The translations under genes and the position numbers were made by a program. Below the pieces are notes generated by a model. It searched no databases, was not told the origin of the DNA, and saw only the letters and a program-made list of their open reading frames with translations. Of a stretch of DNA of 64,000 nucleotides, positions 8,561 to 17,098 are shown piece by piece. Position 1 is the stretch's first letter; the number at the start of each line of letters is the position of its first letter. This DNA is from an uncultured Alistipes sp. GTDB taxonomy: Bacteria; Bacteroidota; Bacteroidia; Bacteroidales; Rikenellaceae. Location of the stretch: contig CALUOX010000001.1 in the NCBI GenBank assembly GCA_944322375.1, forward strand, positions 5,392 through 69,391, written 5' to 3'.

Positions 8561-11500
8561 TCAGGCCCATTTTACCAGCGCGAAGTCCATCCGATGAGGA
8601 AGTCGCGGATTCGAAGGGTAGATACGCAGGGCGACATCGAAGGTGCCCGAACGGCCCGAGCGGTAGTCGCGCGTGTAGGTGACGGTCGATCCTTCGACCT
8701 TGGTGCGCTCCAGCGCCACGGTCTCCAGTACATTGACGGGTTGCCCCTGCTCGATCTGCTTGGCCACGACGAGTTCGGCTCCGATGTCCTCCGGACGGAG
8801 GTTGGCGACATCGACCTTGAGTTCGAAGTGGAAACTGTCCCCGACATACATCGCCTTCTCGTCGATCTTGGCCTGTTGAACCTCCACGACGCGGACTTTG
8901 TCCCAGGCTGCCGAGATCTTCCGTTTCCAGGCGGCAATCTCCCGGGCAAGGGCATAGTCGTCAGCGGTAATCTCCCGACGGCGTGCCGCCAGCTTGTTGT
9001 AGAAGCGCTCTTCGTAGTCGCGCATCATGCGGTTCGTGGTGAAGTTCGACGCGATGTCGGCAATGCAGCGTTTGACGGCCTCGACCCAGTCGTAAGGGAT
9101 ATTCTGCGTGTCGCGGCGGTAGTAGAGCGGGACGATCTGATCCTCGATGGTGTTGTAGATCATCTCGGCGTCGAGTTCGTCCTGGAACTGTTGTTCGGCG
9201 AAGGTCCGCTCCATCGGCAGTGCCCAGCCGGCACCCTCCTTGTATCCCTCGACCCACCAGCCGTCGAGTACGGAGAACTGCAGCACGCCGTTCATGACGG
9301 CCTTCTCGCCCGATGTTCCCGACGCTTCGAGCGGCCGGGTCGGGGTGTTGAGCCATACATCGACGCCCTGTACCATCTTGCGTGCCAGCTCCATGTCGTA
9401 ATTCTGCAGGAAGAGAATCTTGCCCACGAACTGCGGCATGGCGGCCACCTCGACGATCCGTTTGATGAGATCCTGTCCGGGCTTGTCGTTGGGGTGCGCC
9501 TTGCCCGCGAAGATGAACTGTACGGGCCGTTCCTTGTTGTTGACGATGGCCGAGAGCCGGTCGAGATTCGTGAAGAGCAGGTAGGCGCGCTTGTATGTCG
9601 CGAAGCGGCGTGCGAATCCGATGGTCAGAACGTCGGGCTTGAGGCCCTCGATGATCTGTACCATCTGACGCGGCGAGTCGGTTCTCACCTGTGCGGGGTC
9701 GCTGAAGCGCTTGCGGATATGATCGATGAGCTTGCGCTTGAGGAAGATCCGTTCCTGCCACAGCTCTGCGGCGGGGATGTCGTGCACCTTCTGCCAGGCG
9801 GGAATGTCGTAGTCGTGTCCCGAGAACCCTTCGGGGAAGTAGCGTGCGTAGAGCCGTCGGAGGTTCGAGGCACACCAGGTGGGGAAGTGTACGCCGTTGG
9901 TGACGTATCCGATATGCAGTTCGTTCTTGAAGTATCCGGGCCACATGTTGTTGAAGATCTCCTTGGTCACCTCGCCATGGAGCCAGGAGACGCCGTTGAC
10001 CTCCTGGGAGAGGTTGGCGGCCAGCACCGACATCGAGAAACGTTCGTTCGGATCATTGGGGTTGGTCTTGCCGAGGTTGATGAACTGATCCCAGGTGATC
10101 TCGAGCGTATCGGGGTAGTGGGCCATGTATTGGCGCATCATCGATTCGGGGAATGCGTCGTGGCCGGCCGGTACGGGGGTGTGGGTCGTGAAGAGCGACG
10201 ACGAACGTACGACCTCCAGCGCTTCGGAGAAGGAGAGGTGCTGGAGGCGGATCAGATCGCGGATGCGTTCCAGTCCGATGAAGGCGGCATGGCCTTCGTT
10301 GCAGTGGTAAACCTCCTGCTTGATGCCCAGCGCCCTCAGTACCCGGATTCCGCCCAGTCCGAGCAGCAGCTCCTGCTTGAGACGGTTCTCCCAGTCGCCG
10401 CCGTAGAGGTGGTGCGTGATCTGCCGGTCCTCATCCAGATTGGCCTCGTAGTCGGTGTCGAGCAGATAGAGATCCGTCCGTCCGACCTGGCATTTCCATA
10501 CGCGGGCCGAGAGCGTTCGACCGGGCAGGGCGATCTGTACGGTGATCCAGTTTCCCAATTCGTCGCGCACGGCCGAGATCGGCAGCTTCGAGAAGTTCTG
10601 TGCCTCGTACGTTGCCTCCTGGGCGCCTTGTGCGGAGAGCCGTTGCGTGAAGTATCCGTAGCGGTAGAGAAGCCCGACGGCAACCATCGGGATGTTTTTG
10701 TCCGAAGCCTCCTTGAGGTAGTCGCCGGCAAGGATGCCCAGACCGCCGGAGTAGATCTTCAGCGAGGAGTGCAGTCCGTACTCCATCGAGAAGTAGGCGA
10801 TCTTCGGCGCTGTCGGATCGGGCTTTTCGCTCATGTATTCATTGAACATGGCATATACGCCGTCGAGCATGGCCAGGAACGAGGAGTCCTGTTCGAGCTC
10901 CCGCAGCCGGTCGAGCGAGAGCCGGTCGAGGAAGACGATCGGGTTCTTTTCGCATTCGCTCCAGAGTTTGTGGTCGATGTATTCGAAGAGGTCGCGGGCG
11001 CCGCTGTTCCAGCACCACCAGAGGTTGTGCGACAGCACTTCGAGCGCGTGGAGACGCGACGGAAGGACCTTCTCGACCATGACGCGGTTCCAGCGGGGTT
11101 TCTCGGTGATGAGCTGCTGCCGCACGAAGTTGATCTGTTCGGCCGACGCTCCGCCGTCGTTGTAGATTGCACGGTTGGTTCGGGCCACCGAACGCTCGAT
11201 GGCCTCGGAGTAGGCCTTCTCATAGGCGATATAGAGTTCGCTCCAGAGAGCGGTCCGTGCAATCTCGTCCGCAGCGCCGCGGGCCTTCTGAATCTCCTCC
11301 TGCGTGTATTTCGAGAAGCGGAGCAGCGATGTCGCAATTTCGTGGGTCGCTTCGGCGTAGTTGTCGTCGTTGCGCGAGATGATCCGCACCCCTTCGTGTT
11401 CGGCGTGGGCTCCGGCCCAGAGACCGAATCCGGCCAGCGTGGTGGTGAGCGTCGGCACCGAGAAGGCGACGGATTCGAGCGGCGTATAGCCCCAGGGCTC

Positions 11501-12814
11501 GTAATAGGAGGGGTAGAGCGTCAGATCGAGCCCTGCGAGCAGTTCGTAGTAGCTCATGTTGAAGATGCCGTCCTGGCCGTTGAGATAGGTCGGCACGAAG
11601 ATGACCTTGACCTTCGACGACGGATTGGCCAGCACGCTTCCGTTGATCGAGTTGAGAATCTGATCCCACTCCGGATGTTCGAGGTAGTGGGTGCAGAAGC
11701 GGTTCTGCTTCAGATCGATGGGGTCCTTCTCATCGGCCAGGTGCGCCTGCAGGTCCTTGCGGGGGCCGGTCGTTGCGGCCGGCACGGTGATGTATGCCAG
11801 CACTTCGCGGTCGAGTGCATCGTTCTCGGCCAACTGCTTGAGGGCGTCGAGGAAGATGTCGAGACCCTTGTTGCGGAATTCGTAGCGGCCGCTGGTTCCG
11901 ATGATGAGGGGCTCTTTCTGGAACTTGTAGCTCAACATCGCTTCGGCCGTGCGGATCATGGCCTGTCGGGCTGCGGTGCGTTTCTGTGCGAAGAGCTGAT
12001 CGTCCCATACGAAGTCGTCTTCGAAACCGTTGGGCGTGATGACATCCACCTCGGAACCCAGCAGACTTTCACATTCGCGTGCGGTGATTTCACTTACGGT
12101 GCAGAAGACGTCGTGCTCCTTCGCCGCGGTCTTCTCGATCGAGTGCTTGGCCGTGACGTTGAACTGACGGGCCAGATCGTCGGCGTTCAGCCGGTTGAGA
12201 TCCTTGTAGAGCGGCAGTCCGTTTCCGGCAATGCAGCGTCCCGTGACGGTGGCGTGCGTGGTGAATACGGTGGCGATATAGGGGGAATACTTGCGCAGGT
12301 AGAGTCCGCCGGCGGCAGTCATCCACTCGTGGAAATGAGCCACGACCTTGTCGGTCGAGGCGCAGAATGTCTTGACATAGGAGGCGATCACCTCGCCTGC
12401 GGCGTGTCCGAAGAGTACGGGTTCGATGTAGTCCCATTGTCCGGAGATCGAATCCACGTGGTAGGTCTCCCAGAGGTATTTCAGAATATCGTCCTTTTTC
12501 GGGAAGAGGGAGGTGTAGTCGACAAGTACCACCAACGGTTGGCCGATGATCTTCCAGCGGCCGATGCGGATGCGTATTCCGTCGTTATAGACGCTTTGGC
12601 GCCAGGCCTTGAGCAACTCGTCGTCCTCCTCGAATTCGGGGTTGTCGCCTTCGCGCGAGACGTCGGGGCCGACAAGGATGTAGTTGTCGCCCATCTTGTT
12701 CTGAACCGTACGGGCTTTGGTCGAGATGACGGTGTGGATGCCGCCCACTTTGTTGCATACCTCCCAGCTTACTTCGAAGAGGTAATTGGGAGTCAACAGT
12801 TCTTGTTCGTTCAT
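8561..12814 (-). CDS. glgP: Fused GT3-type glycogen synthase + GT35 alpha-glucan phosphorylase (1417 aa)
   Basis: N-half: LFEVSWEVCNKVGGIHTV and SYYEPWGYTPLE (GT3). C-half: YFSMEYG..YSGGLGILAGDYLK, NEGHAAF, ARRFATYKRA and PLP motif EASGTSGEK. One continuous frame. Confidence 0.93.
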   Translation of the reverse strand: MNEQELLTPNYLFEVSWEVCNKVGGIHTVISTKARTVQNKMGDNYILVGPDVSREGDNPEFEEDDELLKAWRQSVYNDGIRIRIGRWKIIGQPLVVLVDYTSLFPKKDDILKYLWETYHVDSISGQWDYIEPVLFGHAAGEVIASYVKTFCASTDKVVAHFHEWMTAAGGLYLRKYSPYIATVFTTHATVTGRCIAGNGLPLYKDLNRLNADDLARQFNVTAKHSIEKTAAKEHDVFCTVSEITARECESLLGSEVDVITPNGFEDDFVWDDQLFAQKRTAARQAMIRTAEAMLSYKFQKEPLIIGTSGRYEFRNKGLDIFLDALKQLAENDALDREVLAYITVPAATTGPRKDLQAHLADEKDPIDLKQNRFCTHYLEHPEWDQILNSINGSVLANPSSKVKVIFVPTYLNGQDGIFNMSYYELLAGLDLTLYPSYYEPWGYTPLESVAFSVPTLTTTLAGFGLWAGAHAEHEGVRIISRNDDNYAEATHEIATSLLRFSKYTQEEIQKARGAADEIARTALWSELYIAYEKAYSEAIERSVARTNRAIYNDGGASAEQINFVRQQLITEKPRWNRVMVEKVLPSRLHALEVLSHNLWWCWNSGARDLFEYIDHKLWSECEKNPIVFLDRLSLDRLRELEQDSSFLAMLDGVYAMFNEYMSEKPDPTAPKIAYFSMEYGLHSSLKIYSGGLGILAGDYLKEASDKNIPMVAVGLLYRYGYFTQRLSAQGAQEATYEAQNFSKLPISAVRDELGNWITVQIALPGRTLSARVWKCQVGRTDLYLLDTDYEANLDEDRQITHHLYGGDWENRLKQELLLGLGGIRVLRALGIKQEVYHCNEGHAAFIGLERIRDLIRLQHLSFSEALEVVRSSSLFTTHTPVPAGHDAFPESMMRQYMAHYPDTLEITWDQFINLGKTNPNDPNERFSMSVLAANLSQEVNGVSWLHGEVTKEIFNNMWPGYFKNELHIGYVTNGVHFPTWCASNLRRLYARYFPEGFSGHDYDIPAWQKVHDIPAAELWQERIFLKRKLIDHIRKRFSDPAQVRTDSPRQMVQIIEGLKPDVLTIGFARRFATYKRAYLLFTNLDRLSAIVNNKERPVQFIFAGKAHPNDKPGQDLIKRIVEVAAMPQFVGKILFLQNYDMELARKMVQGVDVWLNTPTRPLEASGTSGEKAVMNGVLQFSVLDGWWVEGYKEGAGWALPMERTFAEQQFQDELDAEMIYNTIEDQIVPLYYRRDTQNIPYDWVEAVKRCIADIASNFTTNRMMRDYEERFYNKLAARRREITADDYALAREIAAWKRKISAAWDKVRVVEVQQAKIDEKAMYVGDSFHFELKVDVANLRPEDIGAELVVAKQIEQGQPVNVLETVALERTKVEGSTVTYTRDYRSGRSGTFDVALRIYPSNPRLPHRMDFALVKWA

Positions 12815-13198
12815 AGCTGTATCGGATTACGGTTTCGGGATCCTGCATGCCACCTTGCGGCGTTCCGAGGCATCGGACGTTCGAAGGTGGAGCGGAGCGG
12901 TGCCGGGCTGCGGCTCTGACGGTCCTTGCGGCGTGTCGGTCGTTTGTCTCTTGTGTCTCTTGCGGCGAACCTTGCGGATTCCGCAAGGATGTACGGGATG
13001 TACAGACCGAACCGTATCTCTCTGTCCAACACTTTTCACCTGTCGTCTGTCCCCGCTCTTTCAGGCAGCGGCAGAAGACATGCCGAATCCCTCCTTGATT
13101 TTTAATTTTTTGTAGTGTTTTTTCCTGTTCTGCGCCCTTTGCAGCCGGTATTTTCCGCGATTGTCCGGCGGCTTGTCGGTGCTGAATCAATCCAATTG

Positions 13199-13206
13199 CA
13201 AAGGTA
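13199..13206 (-). promoter_or_regulatory. -7 box (TACCTTTG) for synthase-phosphorylase gene, implying a leader of about 380 nt
   Basis: Plus strand caaaggta beside an AT-rich tract; nearest clear consensus upstream of 12814. Confidence 0.5.
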
Positions 13207-13262
13207 CGCGCTTCTCGTCAAAAACGGTTGTTTTTATAAAAAAATTTAATAATAACTTAACA

Positions 13263-14381
13263 TTAACATTCCCAGAATAAAGCGGCTATTACGGCGTCGG
13301 AGATCAAAAAGTGCTCGGGCGGGATGTAGAGCCGTCCGTTGCGGAGCACAAGATCTCCCGCCTCGATCCAGGGTTTTGCCGCATCAAGCAGCGTCTTCCG
13401 GCGATGCTCTCCGAAGCTGACGGCCAGACTGTCGAGGTCGATTCCCCGGGCGGTGCGCAGGGCCGTCATGACCGTTTCGTTGTAGCGGTCGCGAAGCGAG
13501 AGCCGTTCGGATTCATGGCAATCGGGATCGGCGAGGTAACGTCCGATGTCGGCCGGTGCCCAGCGGCGTTGCTGTCCGTCGAAGGAGTGTGCGGCCGGTC
13601 CGATTCCGAGGTAGGGTACTCCCTGCCAGTAGGCGCTGTTGTGCAGCGCCCGATATCCGGATCGGGCGTAGTTCGAAATTTCGTAGTGTTCGAATCCCGC
13701 GTCGGTCAGCATGCGGTGTACGAGGAGATACTCCTCTTCACTGACACGTTCGCCGACGGGCGTGAATTTTCCGCGGGCCATCAGACGTCCGAATGCCGTT
13801 TGGGGCTCAACCGTCAAATGGTATGCCGAAACGTGCTGCACGTCGAGGTCGAGAAGTTCGGAGAGCGTGCGCTGCAGGATCTCGGCGCCGAATCCCGGCA
13901 CGCCGAAGATCACATCGACCGTGATGTTGCCGAATCCTGCGTTACGGGCCAGTCGGATGGCGTTTCGAGCCGTTTGCGCCGTGTGGCGGCGGTTCATCCT
14001 GCGCAGCTCGTCGTCGTTGAGGGACTGCACGCCGATGGAGAGCCGGTTGACCCGGGTCCGGGCGAGACGTGCGAGGTAGTCGGGTGTCAGGTCGTCGGGA
14101 TTGGCTTCGAGGGTGCACTCCTCCACCGCGGAGCAGTCGAAGAGTCCGGCGGCCTGATCGATGAAGGATTGAATCGTTTCGGGATCGAGCAGCGAGGGGG
14201 TGCCGCCTCCGAAATAGATCGTTCGCAGACAACGTTCGGGAAGGAATCCGGCCTCCTGCCGCAATTCGCGGTGCATGGCGTCGATGACCGGTTCGCGCAA
14301 CCGCAGGTCTGCCGACTTGTAGAAGTCGCAGTAGGCGCAGATGCGCTTGCAGAAAGGGATATGGAAATAGAGTCCGGCCAT
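13263..14381 (-). CDS. hemW: Radical SAM heme chaperone HemW
   Basis: LYFHIPFCKRICAYCDF, YFGGGTPS, TLEANP, RLSIGVQS, HYEISNYA, HNSAYW. Confidence 0.93.
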   Translation of the reverse strand: MAGLYFHIPFCKRICAYCDFYKSADLRLREPVIDAMHRELRQEAGFLPERCLRTIYFGGGTPSLLDPETIQSFIDQAAGLFDCSAVEECTLEANPDDLTPDYLARLARTRVNRLSIGVQSLNDDELRRMNRRHTAQTARNAIRLARNAGFGNITVDVIFGVPGFGAEILQRTLSELLDLDVQHVSAYHLTVEPQTAFGRLMARGKFTPVGERVSEEEYLLVHRMLTDAGFEHYEISNYARSGYRALHNSAYWQGVPYLGIGPAAHSFDGQQRRWAPADIGRYLADPDCHESERLSLRDRYNETVMTALRTARGIDLDSLAVSFGEHRRKTLLDAAKPWIEAGDLVLRNGRLYIPPEHFLISDAVIAALFWEC

Positions 14382-14821
14382 CGTTCCGATGAACTAACAA
14401 ATTTAACGAAAAAACGGAGAAAAAAGTGGGTGTGGCGCGAAAAAAACAGCTAAATCGATCTTTTTTGCCGTCTTGTTCGACAGAACATCCTTTGCGGGCC
14501 GGCCTTGCCTTTTCGGGTCGGGGAGGGATCTCGCGGAGAGACGGGCGGTATTTTCCATGAAGAGGCGATCTGGAAGTCCGGTTTAAAGGCGCGGTTGGGA
14601 GATTGGTTCGAGGGTGAGGCTTGAGAGCGCGTCTTCAACAAGAAGGCTTGAAGGTTTGGACTGGGGGTCTGAAGACGCGGTTTGAGGGCACGGCGCCGGA
14701 GGATGCGGTACCGAAGATTGATGCGGAGAATCGTTCTGGGCCGGCCCGGTGGATGCGGAAGCTGCAAGGAAGCGTCGCAAGGGGTTGAATTATGAAAAAT
14801 ATTTATTAATTTTGCCCCGCC

Positions 14822-15589
14822 ATGAAAACCTCCGAAGAGTTGACCGAACTGCTCGACTTCATCGCCGAGTATGCGACCTACCTGCTGGGATCGGGCGTCC
14901 ATACGTCGCGTGTGGTCCGCAACGCCTGCCGGATCGGTGCGTCGCAGGGCGTGGAGGTCCACCTGACGACCTTCCAGCGGACAACGATTCTGACGTTGCG
15001 CGAAGAGGGTAATCCGCAGGTGGTGACGCAGGTGGTCAATATCCCGCATCTCCCGATCAGTTTCGAACGCAATTCGGACCTCAGTTCCCTGAGTTGGGAG
15101 GCCGTGGACCGGCGGCTGCCGTTGTCGGTCATCCGCGAAAAATACCGGCAGTTGATTGCCCGGCCGCGCATGGATCCGATTTTCGTCCTGTTGGTCGTCG
15201 GACTGGCCAATGCCTCGTTCTGCCGGCTTTTCGATGGAGACTGGATCGCTTCGGGAATCGTATTTACCTCGACCCTGGCGGGCTTTGCGGCCAAGCAGCA
15301 GCTGTTGAAGGCCGGTGTGAACCACTTCATCGTCTTTATTCTCTCGGCATTCATCGCTTCGCTGTGTGCCTCGATGTCGCTGCGCTTCGACTGTACGGCC
15401 GAGACGGCGATCGCCACAAGCGTGCTCTATCTCGTACCGGGAGTGCCGCTCATCAACGGGGTGATCGATATTGTCGAGGGCCACATCCTGATCGGGTGCA
15501 GCCGTCTGATCAATGCCCTGCTTCTGATTCTGTGCATTGCGGTGGGGCTGTCGATCAATCTGTTGTTGATAAAGGGAAGCCTCTTGTGA
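14822..15589 (+). CDS. Threonine/serine exporter ThrE family, large subunit
   Basis: LLGSGVHTSRV, multiple TM helices, LYLVPGVPLING; -7 box TAATTTTG at 14807-14814. Confidence 0.88.
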   Translation: MKTSEELTELLDFIAEYATYLLGSGVHTSRVVRNACRIGASQGVEVHLTTFQRTTILTLREEGNPQVVTQVVNIPHLPISFERNSDLSSLSWEAVDRRLPLSVIREKYRQLIARPRMDPIFVLLVVGLANASFCRLFDGDWIASGIVFTSTLAGFAAKQQLLKAGVNHFIVFILSAFIASLCASMSLRFDCTAETAIATSVLYLVPGVPLINGVIDIVEGHILIGCSRLINALLLILCIAVGLSINLLLIKGSLL

Positions 15590-15590
15590 T

Positions 15591-16094
15591 ATGATTGTTG
15601 CGGATATTCTTTTCGACGGACTCTTTGCGGCGGTTGCCGCGGTCGGCTTCGGAGCCATCTCGGATCCTCCGATGCGGGCGTTTCCCTATATTGCCGTGCT
15701 GGCAGCCGTGGGACATGCGCTGCGTTACTGCCTGATGACGTGGGCGGGAATCGACATCTCGACCGCGACGCTGTGTGCGTCGCTTGTCATCGGCCTGGGC
15801 AGCCTCTGGCTGGGCGGACGGATCTATTGTCCCACAACCGTGTTGTCAATTCCCGCACTCTTGCCGATGGTGCCGGGCATCTACGCCTACAAGACGGTTT
15901 TTGCCCTCATCATGCTGATGCAGCATACGGCCGACCCCGAAGTGGCCCGTCACTACATGGAGGCCTTCCTGCTCAATGCGACCGTCGCCTTCAGCGTCAT
16001 ATTCATGCTTGCCGTCGGATCGACCATTCCGATCGTACTGTTCAGCCGCCGGGCCTTCTCCCTGACGCGGCGCCGTGACTATTCCGAATCGTAA
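15591..16094 (+). CDS. Threonine/serine exporter ThrE family, small subunit
   Basis: Hydrophobic; IPALLPMVPGIYAY motif; directly follows the large subunit. Confidence 0.87.
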   Translation: MIVADILFDGLFAAVAAVGFGAISDPPMRAFPYIAVLAAVGHALRYCLMTWAGIDISTATLCASLVIGLGSLWLGGRIYCPTTVLSIPALLPMVPGIYAYKTVFALIMLMQHTADPEVARHYMEAFLLNATVAFSVIFMLAVGSTIPIVLFSRRAFSLTRRRDYSES

Positions 16095-16103
16095 CAACCG
16101 CCC

Positions 16104-16835
16104 ATGGAGATCTTCTGGAATACCATTGCCCGATACAATGCCGCGACGTGGCGTTGGCAGATCGTCATCGTTGCGGCGGCCGTGCTGCTTACCCTGATGT
16201 TGTATCGACATCCCGGGAAACGGGTGGAGCAGGCCATGAAGCTCTTTCTGGCGCTGCTCAATGTCTGGATAGCCCTGGTCTATTATCTGGTTTACGGTTA
16301 TGAACGCAGCTACAGCAATGTCATGGTGCTGTTCTGGGCGCTCATGGCCGTATTGTGGCTGTATGACCTCTTTGCGGGGACTACGCATTTCAGACGTACG
16401 CGGCGTCCGGGACTGCTGTCGATGCTGCTCTATCTGATGCCGATGATCTACCCGCTCTTCTCGCTGATGCGCGGGTTGACCTTCCCGATGATGACCATGC
16501 CGGTCATGCCTTGTTCCGTGGTGGTGTTTACGCTTGGACTGATGGTGGCCTTCACGGAGCGTATCAATCTCTTTGCCGTACTGTATCTGGGACACTGGGC
16601 CTTCATCGGACTGGCAAAGGTCTATTTCTTCGGAATCCCCGAGGACTATCTGCTGGCGGTCTCGACGATTCCGGCGCTCTACCTCTTTTTCCGGGAGTAT
16701 GTCCGCAGCGACACGAACCGGAACCGCAAACCCGATGCCCGGGTCTTCAACCTGCTTCTGACGGTGATCTGCCTTGTGGTCGGAGCCTTCTTCATGGCAA
16801 CACTGCTGCCCTACCTCCATCCGGATCTTTGGTAA
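16104..16835 (+). CDS. DUF6064-like integral membrane protein
   Basis: MEIFWNTIARYNAATW start, about 8 TM segments, PCSVVVFTLG. Confidence 0.72.
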   Translation: MEIFWNTIARYNAATWRWQIVIVAAAVLLTLMLYRHPGKRVEQAMKLFLALLNVWIALVYYLVYGYERSYSNVMVLFWALMAVLWLYDLFAGTTHFRRTRRPGLLSMLLYLMPMIYPLFSLMRGLTFPMMTMPVMPCSVVVFTLGLMVAFTERINLFAVLYLGHWAFIGLAKVYFFGIPEDYLLAVSTIPALYLFFREYVRSDTNRNRKPDARVFNLLLTVICLVVGAFFMATLLPYLHPDLW

Positions 16836-17098
16836 CCGGTACGGTCTTGCGGAGGATGCCTGCTCCGCGTTCATCGGGCGGATGATGCGCGAAACGGAAA
16901 AATTCGTACCTTTGTTCGGCCCGTCGGCAAGACGGATCGGGGGACGAATCGGGGGCGGATCGCACCGTTGCCGTTATGCCGCAATGTCCGGATCCGTGTC
17001 GCGACGGCCGGCAGCCGGACCCGTCGCAGCGGAGCGTTGGCGGCATGCGGGAAGTCTCCGGTTCGGGCGGCGCCAGACGTTATTCGAATGAACGAAAG

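Noticed and set aside
8273-12919. 1548-aa plus-strand ORF and other long antisense ORFs (for example 1395-2840, 6343-8148, 16871-19459, 41521-43500, 58426-60210)
   Set aside because: They shadow well-supported genes on the opposite strand, as expected from high-GC codon bias, and show no motifs.
12811-13032. 73-aa ORF whose stop overlaps the synthase-phosphorylase ATG (ATGA)
   Set aside because: Arg/Pro-rich composition typical of non-coding GC-rich DNA; the overlap could be chance.
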